64,000 nucleotides of DNA from positions 1 to 64,000 of the forward strand of contig MU626338.1 of NCBI GenBank assembly GCA_025603075.1, read 5' to 3'. A model generated the notes under the pieces. It saw only the letters and a list, made by a program, of their open reading frames with translations, was not told the origin of the DNA and did no database searches. Origin of the DNA: Neoconidiobolus thromboides FSU 785. Taxonomy: Eukaryota; Fungi; Entomophthoromycota. The position numbers and the translations under genes were made by a program. Positions 24,027 to 36,217 of the stretch are shown in pieces (positions within the stretch are counted from its first letter, which is position 1; each line of letters starts with the position of its first letter).

Positions 24027-24743
24027 ATGTTTTATGATTTATTAAAACTAACCTATATTTTATTGATTTTGTTTTATTCCATAACTTGTGATTTTATAAA
24101 CCCTACCGATTTACTAGGTCAACCTAACAGCTGCGTTACTGCAGCTAGCCACATTTACAGTCTTTATCCAGATTTGAATAATTGTTCTTTTAATAATGGG
24201 CTATATTTTGCAACTTTAAGCCAAGTATGTAATCCTTCGTGTTTAAAAGCTGTTACTTCAGCATCACTTTATTTAGTAGGTGCCTGTCCAGCCCTGTTGG
24301 ATCCAGATAGTTCAAGAAATAAGTCATTATTAAGTGGGGATGGCGACATCCAATTTCCTTTAGGTGACAAAATGGATGTTTATAAAGCTTGGTCAAACTC
24401 TACTGTCAATTCAATATCATGTGCTAAATTGGATGCTAATGTTAATGTTCGAAGCGTCAGTATAAACACTTCTGACATTACTAGTAGTAGCGATAGTAAT
24501 AATAATGTTTCATATTGCTTAGATCGCTTCTTTCAAGCAAATCAATTTATCCAAAGCTTAAAATATCAACCAGCTTCTGCTGCACAAAATACAAACTTAA
24601 TTCAATCTAAAATATGTGATCCATGTACAAAATTATTATATGGTACCCTCAAATCGTCTAGTTCAGTGCCCTTCCTTTATTATTGGACGTTCTCAGATAC
24701 AACTAATTTATTTAGATCAATTCGATCCTATTGTAGCTTTTAA
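24027..24743 (+). CDS. Intronless secreted cysteine-rich protein, 238 aa
   Basis: Signal-peptide-like N-terminus; ten Cys after the signal region, including CxxxC and CxxC; no transmembrane or GPI tail visible. Confidence 0.78.
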   Translation: MFYDLLKLTYILLILFYSITCDFINPTDLLGQPNSCVTAASHIYSLYPDLNNCSFNNGLYFATLSQVCNPSCLKAVTSASLYLVGACPALLDPDSSRNKSLLSGDGDIQFPLGDKMDVYKAWSNSTVNSISCAKLDANVNVRSVSINTSDITSSSDSNNNVSYCLDRFFQANQFIQSLKYQPASAAQNTNLIQSKICDPCTKLLYGTLKSSSSVPFLYYWTFSDTTNLFRSIRSYCSF

Positions 24744-24805
24744 TCTTTAAAAAAATAAATTATTATAAGCTTTTATCTAGTATATATTTCATTGCTTTTA
24801 TTCAT

Positions 24806-26318
24806 TTATAATCCATTAGCTGCATTAATTATACTTAAGATTTCATCCTGTTCTAAATCCTTTAAATCTTGATCAAGATCCTTGACAAATAATAGATAGA
24901 GATTCATAGTAGTAATAATAACAACGTTGATAACAAGTCCCACTTCTAACAATTTAAATGGATAAATTGTGATATCTAGATTAATCATAGGGGTGGTTGA
25001 ATAGTTTCGCTTAAAGTAGATATAACTTATCAATAATACTATTGGCTTAAAAAATAAGAATGTAAGTTCTACACCAGCTCTTATTACTTTTGGTATTATA
25101 CTTCTATAATTAATAGTTCTATTTTCCTGAGTTTGGCCATCCTAGTTAAATTTTAATTTAGCTTTAATCATATGTATTCATAGTTACCTGATTATAAACA
25201 TTTGAAACAAGCGTCTCAAAACCTGGAAAAAGTTCTGGAATATATGCCAATCCAAATCTATAAAATACTACAAAAACAACCACCCAGTGGAATAGCATCC
25301 TCATAAGACTCAATACTTTATTTACTATGCTCAAACTAAAAAATGTTTTTAGTGATTGCAGTATATTATAAATGTGCATGATGATTACCTATAAGAAGTA
25401 TTTTCTAAACACAAGATTGTATTTATTGATGAAATAGTTGATATCTGATAAAACAGCTATGAATTAAGTTAGTATAAATCATAATAAGTATGAAAATTTA
25501 ATTATCATAAAATAAATTACCACAAAAGCTATTTGAGTAATAGTCCATGGTTGGTTTAAAGAGTTGTCGTCATTTGGTATGAACAGTTTATAAACGGTCA
25601 ATGAAAAGGAAGCTAACATCAATAACCAAATAACAATACTTATTCCAGCAGGAAAAGTATAGTACAAAGTTGATAAAGTTGATAAGTAAATTGTATAGAA
25701 ACTAAAGATTGCTAAACCGATGCAACTAAGTAGTGTAAATCCCTTTCGAAATATTTAATTAACAACTATCAAAATAAAAAATATTACCATTGAAACTGGA
25801 CTTTGCATAGCTTCTGCTTTGGCTGTAAATTGGCCTAAATTATCCAAGATTTCAAAAAAAAAGAATGCTGGCTCATAAATTACACATATTGCTAAAAATA
25901 ACAGCCATGCAACAAAGAGTGCTATTTTATAAAGGAAGCCATATATCTTCAAAAAGGAGCCGAAGTTTAATAAAAAATTAGGCAAAAACTTATTCATGTA
26001 AGCACTGTAATTAGGTGATAGGGTTGGATAATAAAATATATTTAAAATTAATAATACCCAATCTAAAGCTTCCAATATAACAGAATTAAATAAAGTATCA
26101 TTACTGTTTTTCTTTAAGTAGTAACTTATTGTTTTTATGAAACTACTAATAAAATAACTCAACAACAAACTTAAAAACCAAGATTCTAGAAACGATTCGT
26201 CATATGCTTTTGTTAAACCTCCTATGTCTCTTAATTTAGGGTAAATATAGCTTAGCAAGCCGATTATTGATGATGCATTATTTAAACTAAGTAAGTTTGA
26301 ACTTATCAAGTCCATCAT
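24806..26318 (-). CDS. ICE2: ICE2-like ER membrane protein (multi-exon)
   Basis: Multi-pass hydrophobic exons with IYPKLRDIGGL..LSYFISS (cf. ICE2 IPISFKVGGL..LYFISTT), YTFP, VVFYRFGLAYIP and INVVIITTMNLY. Family assignment is by recalled pattern. Confidence 0.6.
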
Positions 26319-26747
26319 TATGTGATTATTGAATTCTCTAAAAGCTCTATTTTTATACTTTAAAAAGTGTTAAAAGAATTTTCAATTAAAATAGTTTTAA
26401 TTCGTGATTTTATTTGCTATTAAAAACCTTAATAATCCATATCCAAAATAAAAAAAGGTTTGTAAGATTCATACAATATTAATAAGATGGTTATTTGTAG
26501 TTTTTATAGACTCCACAATTGATTTTGATTATTTAATATAAACTGCTTTTATAAAATTATAAAATTTCTATTATGTTACCAGAAGAATTACAATTTTTTA
26601 AAGAATATTTTCATTAATAAATGGTTGTAATAATATGTAATTTTAATTCATTTTAACCTTTATCACATCATAAATTACTGGGCTGGGTTTATTTGATCCT
26701 TAAATTAATTCAAAATTCTTATTCCATTTTCTTGATTTTATACAAAA

Positions 26748-28862
26748 ATGTCAGATAAAGGGAGTAGCTCCTATAGTGAGTCAACTTTATCGAGAATTTC
26801 AAGTGCTAGATTAAATAGTAGTAAAATCAATAGCGTTGCTTTAACTAATCCAACGACCAGAAGAAGATGTGCTGCTGCTCAAGTTTGTAATAGCTCTTAT
26901 TCTTACAAATTAAAAATAATGACTAATGATAACAACTTTTTAGACTTTCTGGACTACTATTATGATTTATTAACGTATCTTTATGAACGCAAAGGCAGGC
27001 TAAATAAATTTGAGGAATATGTTGAAAAAGAAGAAGTAAATTTTAATTTACCTAGTAGCTTTGAGTCTAATTCTATTAGTTAGAACAAGAGGAAAAAGAT
27101 AAAGAGTGGACTCGATATTGTGGGAGGGAAAGAGCCTATCTTAGAAAACGTAGGGTAAGAATAAGACTCGATCAGTTTCATATTTTATTTCAAATTGGAC
27201 AAGGTGGTTATGGCCAAGTAAGTAGTAATCGAAGCTATTAAATGGCAAGCATTTATGATTCAATTAGGTTTATTTAGCTACAAAAAAAGATACTCAAGAA
27301 GTATGTGCGTTAAAACAGATGCAAAAGTCCACTTTATACAAATATGGAGAGGTAAATGATTATAATTACAAAAATCGATTCAATTAATATTAATTCATCA
27401 TTTTATAAGATCAATCATATATTAACTGAACGCGATGTACTAACCGCATCAAACAGTCCATGGTTAGTCAAGCTACTTTATGCCTTCCAAGATAGTGAAA
27501 ACGTTTTCCTGTCCATGGTAAGTAAATAATAAACTTTAACAAATGATAAAATTAAGAAATAATCTTTATAAAGGAATTCGTTCCAGGTGGTGATATGCGT
27601 ACTTTACTTAATAGTAACGGTATGTTATTAGATCGTCACGCTCGTTTTTATATTGCGGAAATGTTTGCTGCTGTAGACTCTCTCCATCAATTAGGTTATA
27701 TCCATAGAGATCTTAAACCAGAGGTAATCCACTATTTCTTATTACTATCATATGCTTTTTTAATACTAGTGATTATATATTAACCTATTACCTCCTTTTA
27801 GAACTTTTTAATTGATGCCACAGGCCATGTTAAGTTAACTGATTTTGGCTTATCTAAAGGAGCGTTAAGTCCAATGAGAGTAGCATCATTAAGAAAAAAG
27901 GTAAAAATAGTGCTAAAAGATTAAACCCTAATGCTAATTCCATAATCTAGTTGGACTCTATAAAGGGTAAGCAGCCAGTTTATCGTGGTTCGACTGAAAA
28001 GTTAAGTTTTAGGAAAAACTTATCTAGAGAAGACCAAAGCTGGGTAAGAAATAATTGAATATAAACAATCATATGTTAATCTATCCCACTACTAGCATTT
28101 TTCTTTAGTTGGATCCCCTGAATATATGGCACCAGAGATCCTTGAAACTGCAGATGAAGATTCAAGCAGTACTTATGACCATAGGGTAGATTATTGGGCA
28201 TTAGGATGTATTCTATACGAATATTTATCAGGTTTTCCACCATTCACATCACCTGATCCTGATGAAGTGTGGATCAATTTAACGAGATGGGAGCAGGTGC
28301 TAGTACGTCCAATTTTCGAGGATCCAAATTTGAATGATAATTTTACCGATTTAGCATGGGATTTAATCAATTGTTTAGTTGCACCAGCCAACAGAAGATA
28401 TTCAAACTTTGATCAAATTAAAGCGCATCCCTATTTTAATGAAATAGATTGGGATAATTTACGTGAATCGGTAAGATAACTTTAATTTTTTTAAAATTCT
28501 TATTCATTTGGTTTCACTTTAATAGGAGCCGCCATTTGTGCCACAATTAGAATCGGAAACTGATCCATCTTATTTTGATGATTTTACTGATAATAATACT
28601 GTACAAGAGGTATACAATGATATTGAAAAGAATCAAAAGAGTGGATTGTTTAAAAGCGAAGATGATGAAGATGAAGAATCTTATCTTCCACCAAGAGCTG
28701 CCTTTATTGGCTTTACTTATCGTCATCGCTCTAAACACTTTTCTCCACCTGGTTCAATGTCTTCTACTTCTTCAGCTTCAGCAAGATCTGAATTACTCAG
28801 TAAGTACTTTCATTTTTGTACTTAATATGGTCTAATGTTTTATTTTAGAATCTTTCTTTTAA
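26748..28862 (+). CDS. DBF2: NDR/DBF2-family AGC protein kinase (mitotic exit / septation)
   Basis: [124 protein letters not shown] hydrophobic motif; short last exon after a GTAAGT intron. Confidence 0.95.
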
Positions 28863-29656
28863 CATTAATAAATCATTACTAATTTTGTAAAATCCTTATG
28901 AAATATTTTGATCTCTAAAATGACTTAGTAGAAATATAAGTTCTTAGCTCAAACTTTATACTCTGAATTTTTATAGCTTTAATTATTATAAGTTTAAGAT
29001 GGCAATACATATTTGAGGTTGGTGTAATGAGTTTAATCAAAGGTTATACGAAATTTTAATATGCACGTTTTTGGTTGAATTCTAAATTTAAATTTTTTTT
29101 TCAACTAAACACTATATTTATATTGTTTAAGTATTAACTTAATAAAAGTAGTAAATCGATGTTTGACTAACCTATTAAAAAACTAGACTCTGAAAAATTC
29201 ATTAATATAAAAAACAAACTTCTATATACTACCAGCGAGAATAAGTATAAATTCTTCAGAAAACAAGACCCCGATTGGATTCATTTGATTTTAGTTGAAA
29301 TTGCATAGTTTCTATAGAATTTAGTTTATAATTTAAGATAATTTTTAAGAACTTGAAAATTATATGACATGTATATCACAATGGTAAAAAGACAATAAAT
29401 ACTAAATGGGTTGAGTTTTGTAAATTCAATTCACTATTATAACATACTTGTACCAAAACGCAAAACACGCTCCATTTTTAGTGAGAATTTTAGCAAATTA
29501 CCCTAAAAATTCTTTAACTAAAATAGAAATCATCATTAAAGCGTACTTTATTATTAATGCTACGCATACAATTTAATTTTATTCACTTAATTTTTAAAGG
29601 AACATCAAAATAAACCAATTAAAGAAAGGTTGAATATTGTTTAAATTTTGAAAAAA

Positions 29657-29669
29657 TCGCGTTTCGCGA
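29657..29669. promoter_or_regulatory. Tandem CGCG elements (E2F/SBF-MBF-like) upstream of the BUB3-like gene
   Basis: TCGCGTTTCGCGA about 190 bp upstream of ATG 29860; contains TTTCGCG (reverse complement of CGCGAAA). Confidence 0.45.
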
Positions 29670-29859
29670 CTTCAAATTGAAGTTGATCAAATTTTGGATC
29701 ATTTTAGTCCAATTAGAGCAATTTATTTAGCCAATCATAAAATTCATATTTTGTTCTTTGATTTGCTTAAAATAAAGAAAAAAAATATAAATAGTGGTTA
29801 AAATTAATTTTCATAATCTTTATTTACCAAATTTAAAACAACAATTTATCTATTTAAGA

Positions 29860-31405
29860 ATGTCAGCCGGTCACTTCGCATTTCACAGTCGAAAACGAGA
29901 ACTTACACACGATAATAGTTTTGACAACGTGGATTCAAGGAGTCAAAGAACAATCCCAAAAACTAGTTATGACAAGATAAAATCGGAAGAAAGCATTATT
30001 GTTGAAAGATTAACTGGCACCAATATTAATGATAGTAGTATTATGCTAACAGATGCCCAGTCCTTAAAAATTCACATCGGTATCAATAGTGAACTGGGCG
30101 AACCTATACATGGATTCCCAAAGGACCAAACGACTTCACTTCATTATAATACTGGTGATGAAACAAAATTAATCGCCACATCCCTTGATAAGGTAGAAAT
30201 TTTATCATTATATAGAATTATTGAAATATGTTCGATTCAATGTAAAAGCTGATAAACTTAGAAAAATACATTTCATTGATTAAATTTTAAACTCTCAATA
30301 AAGTTTTTATAATATATTAATACTTGCTTTTTAGTCATTGTATATCTATAATGCTTTCCATCGCAATCTACTGATAAGACATAGGACTAGTACACCTCTT
30401 CTTTCTGCTTGTACCCTTAAGGGTAATATATACACAGGAGGAGCTGACAACAAAATAAGGACGTAAGTCTTAGCTATTATCGCATCATATAATTTCCATT
30501 AATTGAATTTGTAGTCACGACCTACACTGTAATACTTTTCAAGAGTTTGGGGCTCATAGTAATAAAGTATCATGTATTGCTAGTAGCGATTTTGGAGGAC
30601 GCTGTAATATTATTTAACTTGATTTTGGAAATATACTAATTTATTTTGACTATAGTAATCAGTGGTAGTTGGGATAAATGTATAAAAATATGGGATGCGA
30701 ATAAAGAAGACCCTTGTATTGCTTCACTTGACACTAAATCTAACATTTATGCTATGGATATCAAAGGACATTTGATTGCAATTGGTACTTCTGGAGAAAG
30801 GATTAAAATGTATGACTCAAGGAATTTGAAAATGGGAGCATTGATGAATTTTGTGGCCAACGTAACAACGCCTATAAAGAGTATAAAAATTTCTGAAGAT
30901 AAAAAGTGTATATACGTTGGTTCTTCAAATGGAATCATGTCGAAAGAGCATCTTAAAAACCATTCTATGCATGTTAAAGTTAAATATGAAGCTCATACAT
31001 TCGAACATGCAAACTCAACCTATGGATTTCCTGTAAATTGTATAGAGAATATTTCGGGGTAAGATAAATGTGCTATTTGTATATGTCATTTCTAAAAATT
31101 ATAGCACTAACTATTTTGCTACTGGAGGTTCTGATGGTGTAGTAAATATATGGGAGCATGGATACTCAGTGCCCGAAGCCAAACTTCCACAATTCCCTAC
31201 TTCTATTTCAGCCCTTGCATACTCTAAAAAGAATGAACAACTAGCAATTGCCTCTTCTTACGTATGGGATAACTTAGAAATGAAGTAAATTAAATAATTT
31301 CGATTTTGACTGTAGCTAATAATTTTTAGGCACCCAATCGATCAAATATATGTAAGGGATATGAGAGTAGATGCTAAAAGTTATAAATTGAAAAACATTT
31401 TTTAA
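29860..31405 (+). CDS. BUB3: Divergent BUB3/RAE1-family WD40 protein with an N-terminal extension
   Basis: Spliced repeats: PKDQTTSLHY..LIATSLDK, IYTGGADNKI, ISGSWDKCIKIWD, IAIGTSG, GFPVNCI, FATGGSDGVVNIW, FPTSISALAYS..LAIASSY, HPIDQIYVR; collinear with BUB3. Confidence 0.85.
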
Positions 31406-32475
31406 TTTTATTATTGCAAGTTTAATTTAATGATTTATTTAAGCCCTCAAGTAAAATTAGCGTTTTCACAATCTCAGGTCACTTTTATGCGCTCTTACTT
31501 ATTTTATTTTCAGTTTAACAATAAACCTTTGTATTTAACTTTTTAAAGACCAAAATTTTGGTTTCTCTCAATAAACTAAGCTAATTATCAGATGTTACAA
31601 AAGCTTTATAATTTATATTTAATTTTTTGTTAAAGCAAAAGCAGCAAATTTCCTTTGCTTAATGAAGCCTTAATCCATTAGATTAGTTTTCTTTCAACTC
31701 TCCCCCTTGTATTTTCGAAATACTTCATTTGTGTCTATTTTTTTGCTTTTAAATTTTTAGTAGCAACAAAAGTAGAGTTTAAAAAACCTTACATTGTTCT
31801 AGTTCTTAGACCATTGTGACAAGTCATTATTTGCACAAAAGTTAAAAAGATCAAAAGTTTAAGTTAACAACAAAGGCTAATTAAAAAGTGATCAGTTCTT
31901 TTTAATAAAAAGAGTTTGATCCATAAAGAGATTTTAACTTGTGAAATGCTATTATTTTTTTAACAGTGGTGAGATTTGATAAATACATATTTCAAGTATT
32001 AATAGAATTTTTTACATAAAAGAATAAATGTATCATAAAGCCAGTATTTTATAATTTGAATAATGATTTCAATTCAAAAGTAGTATAAACATTATATATT
32101 TTGTTTTCTACTATCTTTGTTCACCATAGATTCTTGTTATATCTTTAAAGTAGATAGCAATTTATGAAAAAGAATTAATTGTAGCAGTCGTTGTATTAAG
32201 TAAACATAAGAATGGCTCCAAAATATCGGTGCCTTGATATCCTTAATCAAATCTTATTGGCAATAGCACATTTGATGGCATAGTGCACTTAACATTAATT
32301 AAAGCAATAATTACTACCTAAATCAAGTCAAAAATTTGGTAATAAAGTTATGTTTATAATTCTTTGTGGATTACAATAATAATGAAGAATATGCAAATTA
32401 GCTTAGCTATTATGAACTTCTAAAGTAAATAAACTTAAAAACTATTGGCATTAAAGATAATACATTAATAATGAA

Positions 32476-32542
32476 TTTTGATGGTCATTTTGTTTTGATT
32501 ACATTTTATTTTGATTACATTTTGTTTTGATTACATTTTGTT
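32476..32542. repeat. 16-bp minisatellite (TTTTGATTACATTTTG/A) x3 plus one degenerate unit
   Basis: Direct reading of 32476-32542. Confidence 0.9.
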
Positions 32543-33212
32543 AAATCTGATTAGAGTAATACAATTTTATCATAACTTTATTTAAACATCATAAATAAAA
32601 TAATAATTGTTCCAAATTAAGATTAAAGTACCTAACATTTCAACCCGGGATTTCATAATAATATCGAAAAATTAAAGCAAGTATTATAACAATTAATAAT
32701 ATAATCATTTTAAAATTTGTTTTACTTATTAACTCTTTTAAAGTGTGATGAACATTCATTTATGATTTTGACATAATTTAGATTCTATCGTTTAGTTCTA
32801 TTATTGAAAATTAAGAATCGATTATCAATAATAAGGCATTAAAGTAAAAATATGATCTAGACGCTTGAATATCATAAGATAACAATAATCGTGTTGTCCT
32901 AGTACTGTATTGAAGATGTTTTTTCTTTTACATTTCACCATTAACAATAAAGTTAGGTCCTTGATTTTAAATATCAGTATTTAAATAGTACTATAAGCAA
33001 TTAATTTACAATATATCTATATTTTCTATAGCTAAAAATGAGCTTCTTCATTTATTTTTATTACTTTGAATTGATAATAATCTATTATTTGATAATAGTG
33101 ATCTCGAAATTTTAATAAATGATTATCAAGGTGGTGTTAAATAGAGTGAATTAAATTCAAAAAACAAATCTTTGATTCATTAATAACAAATGTCGTGTAG
33201 AAAAAATATTGG

Positions 33213-33686
33213 CTAGTTTTTAATTAGATCCAAGTCGTCTTGATCCATAAAATATTCCAAACCTTCTGGCACTGTCTGTAATTTCCAATCTATAGAAGTA
33301 GGGTTGTTTTTTTCAAGGGCTTCCAAACTAAGAAAATCAAAGCCTTCCATGTCTAAAGGTTCTGAAAATACATTGATTTGGTAATTAAATAACTTTTCAT
33401 AACTTCTAAAATCTAAGTATTCCTCAATTTTTGGCATCGTATCCATTTCATATGGTACTAAATCTACTTCTGGGAATAATAACTTGATTCTTGTATCAGA
33501 TACAAAGTCGGAATGCATATCACTGAACAAGGTTAATTCAGGTTTATATTATTAAAGAAAACCTTACTCTTGTACATTAGTTTCATTTTTATCAAACTCT
33601 CCAAACTCAAAGCCGTTTATATTCATGTCATTGGGTTCCACACCATTTGAATTCACATCGTTTGATTCCATTTCATTCAGACCCAT
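33213..33686 (-). CDS. Small acidic orphan protein (two exons)
   Basis: ATG at 33686; a GTAAGG..AATTAA/AG-type intron joins a repeat-like first exon to ORF 33213-33530; very D/E-rich. Confidence 0.6.
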
Positions 33687-34950
33687 CTTTTATTATTATT
33701 GCGTTTATTTTCACTTTACAGTTTAATAAGAATATAAAAAAAATGTTTAAAAATTAAAAGACTAGCTAAAATTTGGGTTCTTTTTTTCCGATTTGATTTG
33801 TACTTTTTGCAAATTCATATCACACAATTTCAAAATTGAGCATAAATATGAAAATGTGCGCCTTTTGCTTAATTTATGAAGTTATCAAGAAGACATTATA
33901 GTATATCTGGACAACTGTCCTTGCAATAAAACCGATTGAATGATCATCCTGATTCACAAATTGATATTTAGGCAAGAGATATACTAAATTAACAAAATAA
34001 CGAAGCCTTTTCCATACTTCATATTAATAACATAGTAAAGGCTTATATTATCCTGATAAATAAATACAAGTTAAATTTATTGGAGTTTATTTTGCTTTTT
34101 ATTTTTAATGAATTTACACTAAATAACTTTTCTATAAGTATAAATAGCGATTAAAAGGACTATTTCATTATGATTTTATTTATTAGTCAACATGGTAGCA
34201 ATTAGAGTAATTTAATAATATTCCATTCATGTTGTGTTATTTATAATGTGCTGTAGCATTTATGTAGCGCTCAATACAGCTATAGAATGAGAAAAATAGT
34301 TATAGCTAAAGTTAGGAGCATTAAATTCAGTTTTGACTCTAGTTTTTAATTTAGTATAAATAACAAAACACTGAAATATCTTGAAAAATTCCACTTGGGT
34401 CAAACATCTGGCTTTGAAGGGACATATGGTATCATATCAACATAGTCTGGTATTATAGCATTTTATATTACTCCCGAAACAAAAACAATCCACTCTCAAA
34501 CAAAGACATCATTGAATGCTCTAAAGTTCAACAATCCATTTTCTTACTTTCATTATAACCCTATTACTCTGTATTAGTTCTGCTTTATACAGGGATAAAG
34601 CAGAAGGTCAAAATTACTATAATATCGATTGCCTGTTAATTTATCTTAATAGTGAGTTAAAAGGAAAACATTATTTGGTCTGAAATTATCTTACACTGAT
34701 AGATATTAGCTTTGCTTTTGTTCAAACCACTTGTGCTCCAGTTTTCTTATTTGTCAACACTATAATAGATACCAAAATTTAAGCAAATATATTGAATATA
34801 TCAGTAATTTATCAGGAATCAAACAAGCAATTTGTAGGATACCATACGTTGAAGCACGTCCTAAATATACTTCAAGGGCTTAAGGAAGGATACGTGTTAA
34901 ATAATCATAATTTTTTTCAATTCGTATTTTCCTAAAACTATAAAAATATT

Positions 34951-35040
34951 GAGGATATTTTCCTGGTTTCACTACTTTTTCCATTGTAAGGTTTATTTAG
35001 TGGAAAAATTGTTAATAAATTGTCAATAAAAGACAATCCC
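34951..35040 (+). mobile_element. MITE copy G (diverged)
   Basis: gaggatattttcctggtttcactactttttccattgtaaggtttatttagtggaaaaattgttaataaattgtcaataaaagacaatccc followed by ATAT; collinear with copies A, B and F. Confidence 0.6.
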
Positions 35041-35422
35041 ATATGGAGAGTAAGAATACTTTTCTATCTGGTAGTTAACTATATTTTAAATTTGGAATAA
35101 AAATTGATAAAATGATAAAATAAGATATATTTCTATACGTTTATAGTTGCTTTGCCATCTACCATTTATTATAACACTATTATTGATATAAATTGTATTG
35201 GTTATAGTTATTAATCATATCAAAATCAAACTATAAATCAAATATAAATTGTATACTTATTCTATCAAGTAGTTACAATGAAAAAATTGAAGAGTAATTA
35301 AGTGAAATTAATTTATTTTTTTATTACTTCGAATTAATAGTTAAAGGAAGTCATCTTTTTTATAAAACTAGCTACAATGATATTGCAAAGATACTTAAGC
35401 ATTTGGAAGTTTGGTTTTTAAA

Positions 35423-36217
35423 CTATTCTATATGCATCCCACTCTCTGGATAATAATTCGTGTACACTTGTGAGTCCCAAGGTCCTAATGGATTAAGATT
35501 ATCTTTAAATTTGTTAATATCCAAAGGAAGCGAACTGCCCTGTGTCTGATTCCAAGCTACATTATTTAAATAAGGTGACAGCATGTCTAACCCTATTAGA
35601 TTATTATAATGCTGATAAGGAACACCCCAAGGATCTAGTATTTCAGCATTATTATGATTATTGATATAAGGAGTATATTGATGAGAAGGGGAATTAGAAT
35701 TGATAGAAGGTGAAGTTAAATAAGAACTTTGATTAAAATTACAAGTGGTAGTGGTACTATTATTGTAATTTGGCATATTGCGATATCTGTCATCCAAATC
35801 AATATAGTTTGATTTCCCTTCAATACCTTGAGTTGGTAAATAGTCTGACATCTTTGGAGATAAACAAAAGGGCATAATCAAATCATTAAACTGAGGCAAT
35901 GGATTTTGTTTTGATAAATTATAAGGGAGAGATTGGTGGGCAGGTATGTGAGCACTTGATGCTGAACAATTGACCGTTTTGACCATCAAATGATTCTGGG
36001 ACCTTGCCTTTGCTCTTCGATTTTGAAACCAGATTTGTACTGTTCTTGGATGCATATCTAATTTGTCAGCAAGTTCTAATCTTTTATCATGACTTGGTCG
36101 AGGATCTCTTTCAAATGTAGTTTCCAATTCTCGGACTTGAAACACTGTAGCACATTTTCTTGGTTTGTTTGGACTAGATAATTTAGGCTTTCTTTTTATT
36201 TTGGAATCTGATAACAT
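35423..36217 (-). CDS. Homeodomain transcription factor (intronless)
   Basis: KPRKCATVFQVRELETTFERDPRPSHDKRLELADKLDMHPRTVQIWFQNRRAKAR (WFQNRR, Q50), followed by a low-complexity N/S/P/Q tail. Confidence 0.93.
   Translation of the reverse strand: MLSDSKIKRKPKLSSPNKPRKCATVFQVRELETTFERDPRPSHDKRLELADKLDMHPRTVQIWFQNRRAKARSQNHLMVKTVNCSASSAHIPAHQSLPYNLSKQNPLPQFNDLIMPFCLSPKMSDYLPTQGIEGKSNYIDLDDRYRNMPNYNNSTTTTCNFNQSSYLTSPSINSNSPSHQYTPYINNHNNAEILDPWGVPYQHYNNLIGLDMLSPYLNNVAWNQTQGSSLPLDINKFKDNLNPLGPWDSQVYTNYYPESGMHIE

Noticed and set aside
32476-32542. CRISPR-like array
   Set aside because: The units are head-to-tail with no unique spacers, in a eukaryotic context without cas genes.
34578-34605. Helitron 3' hairpin
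   Set aside because: The hairpin is not followed at the usual distance of about 10-12 nt by a CTRR end on either strand.
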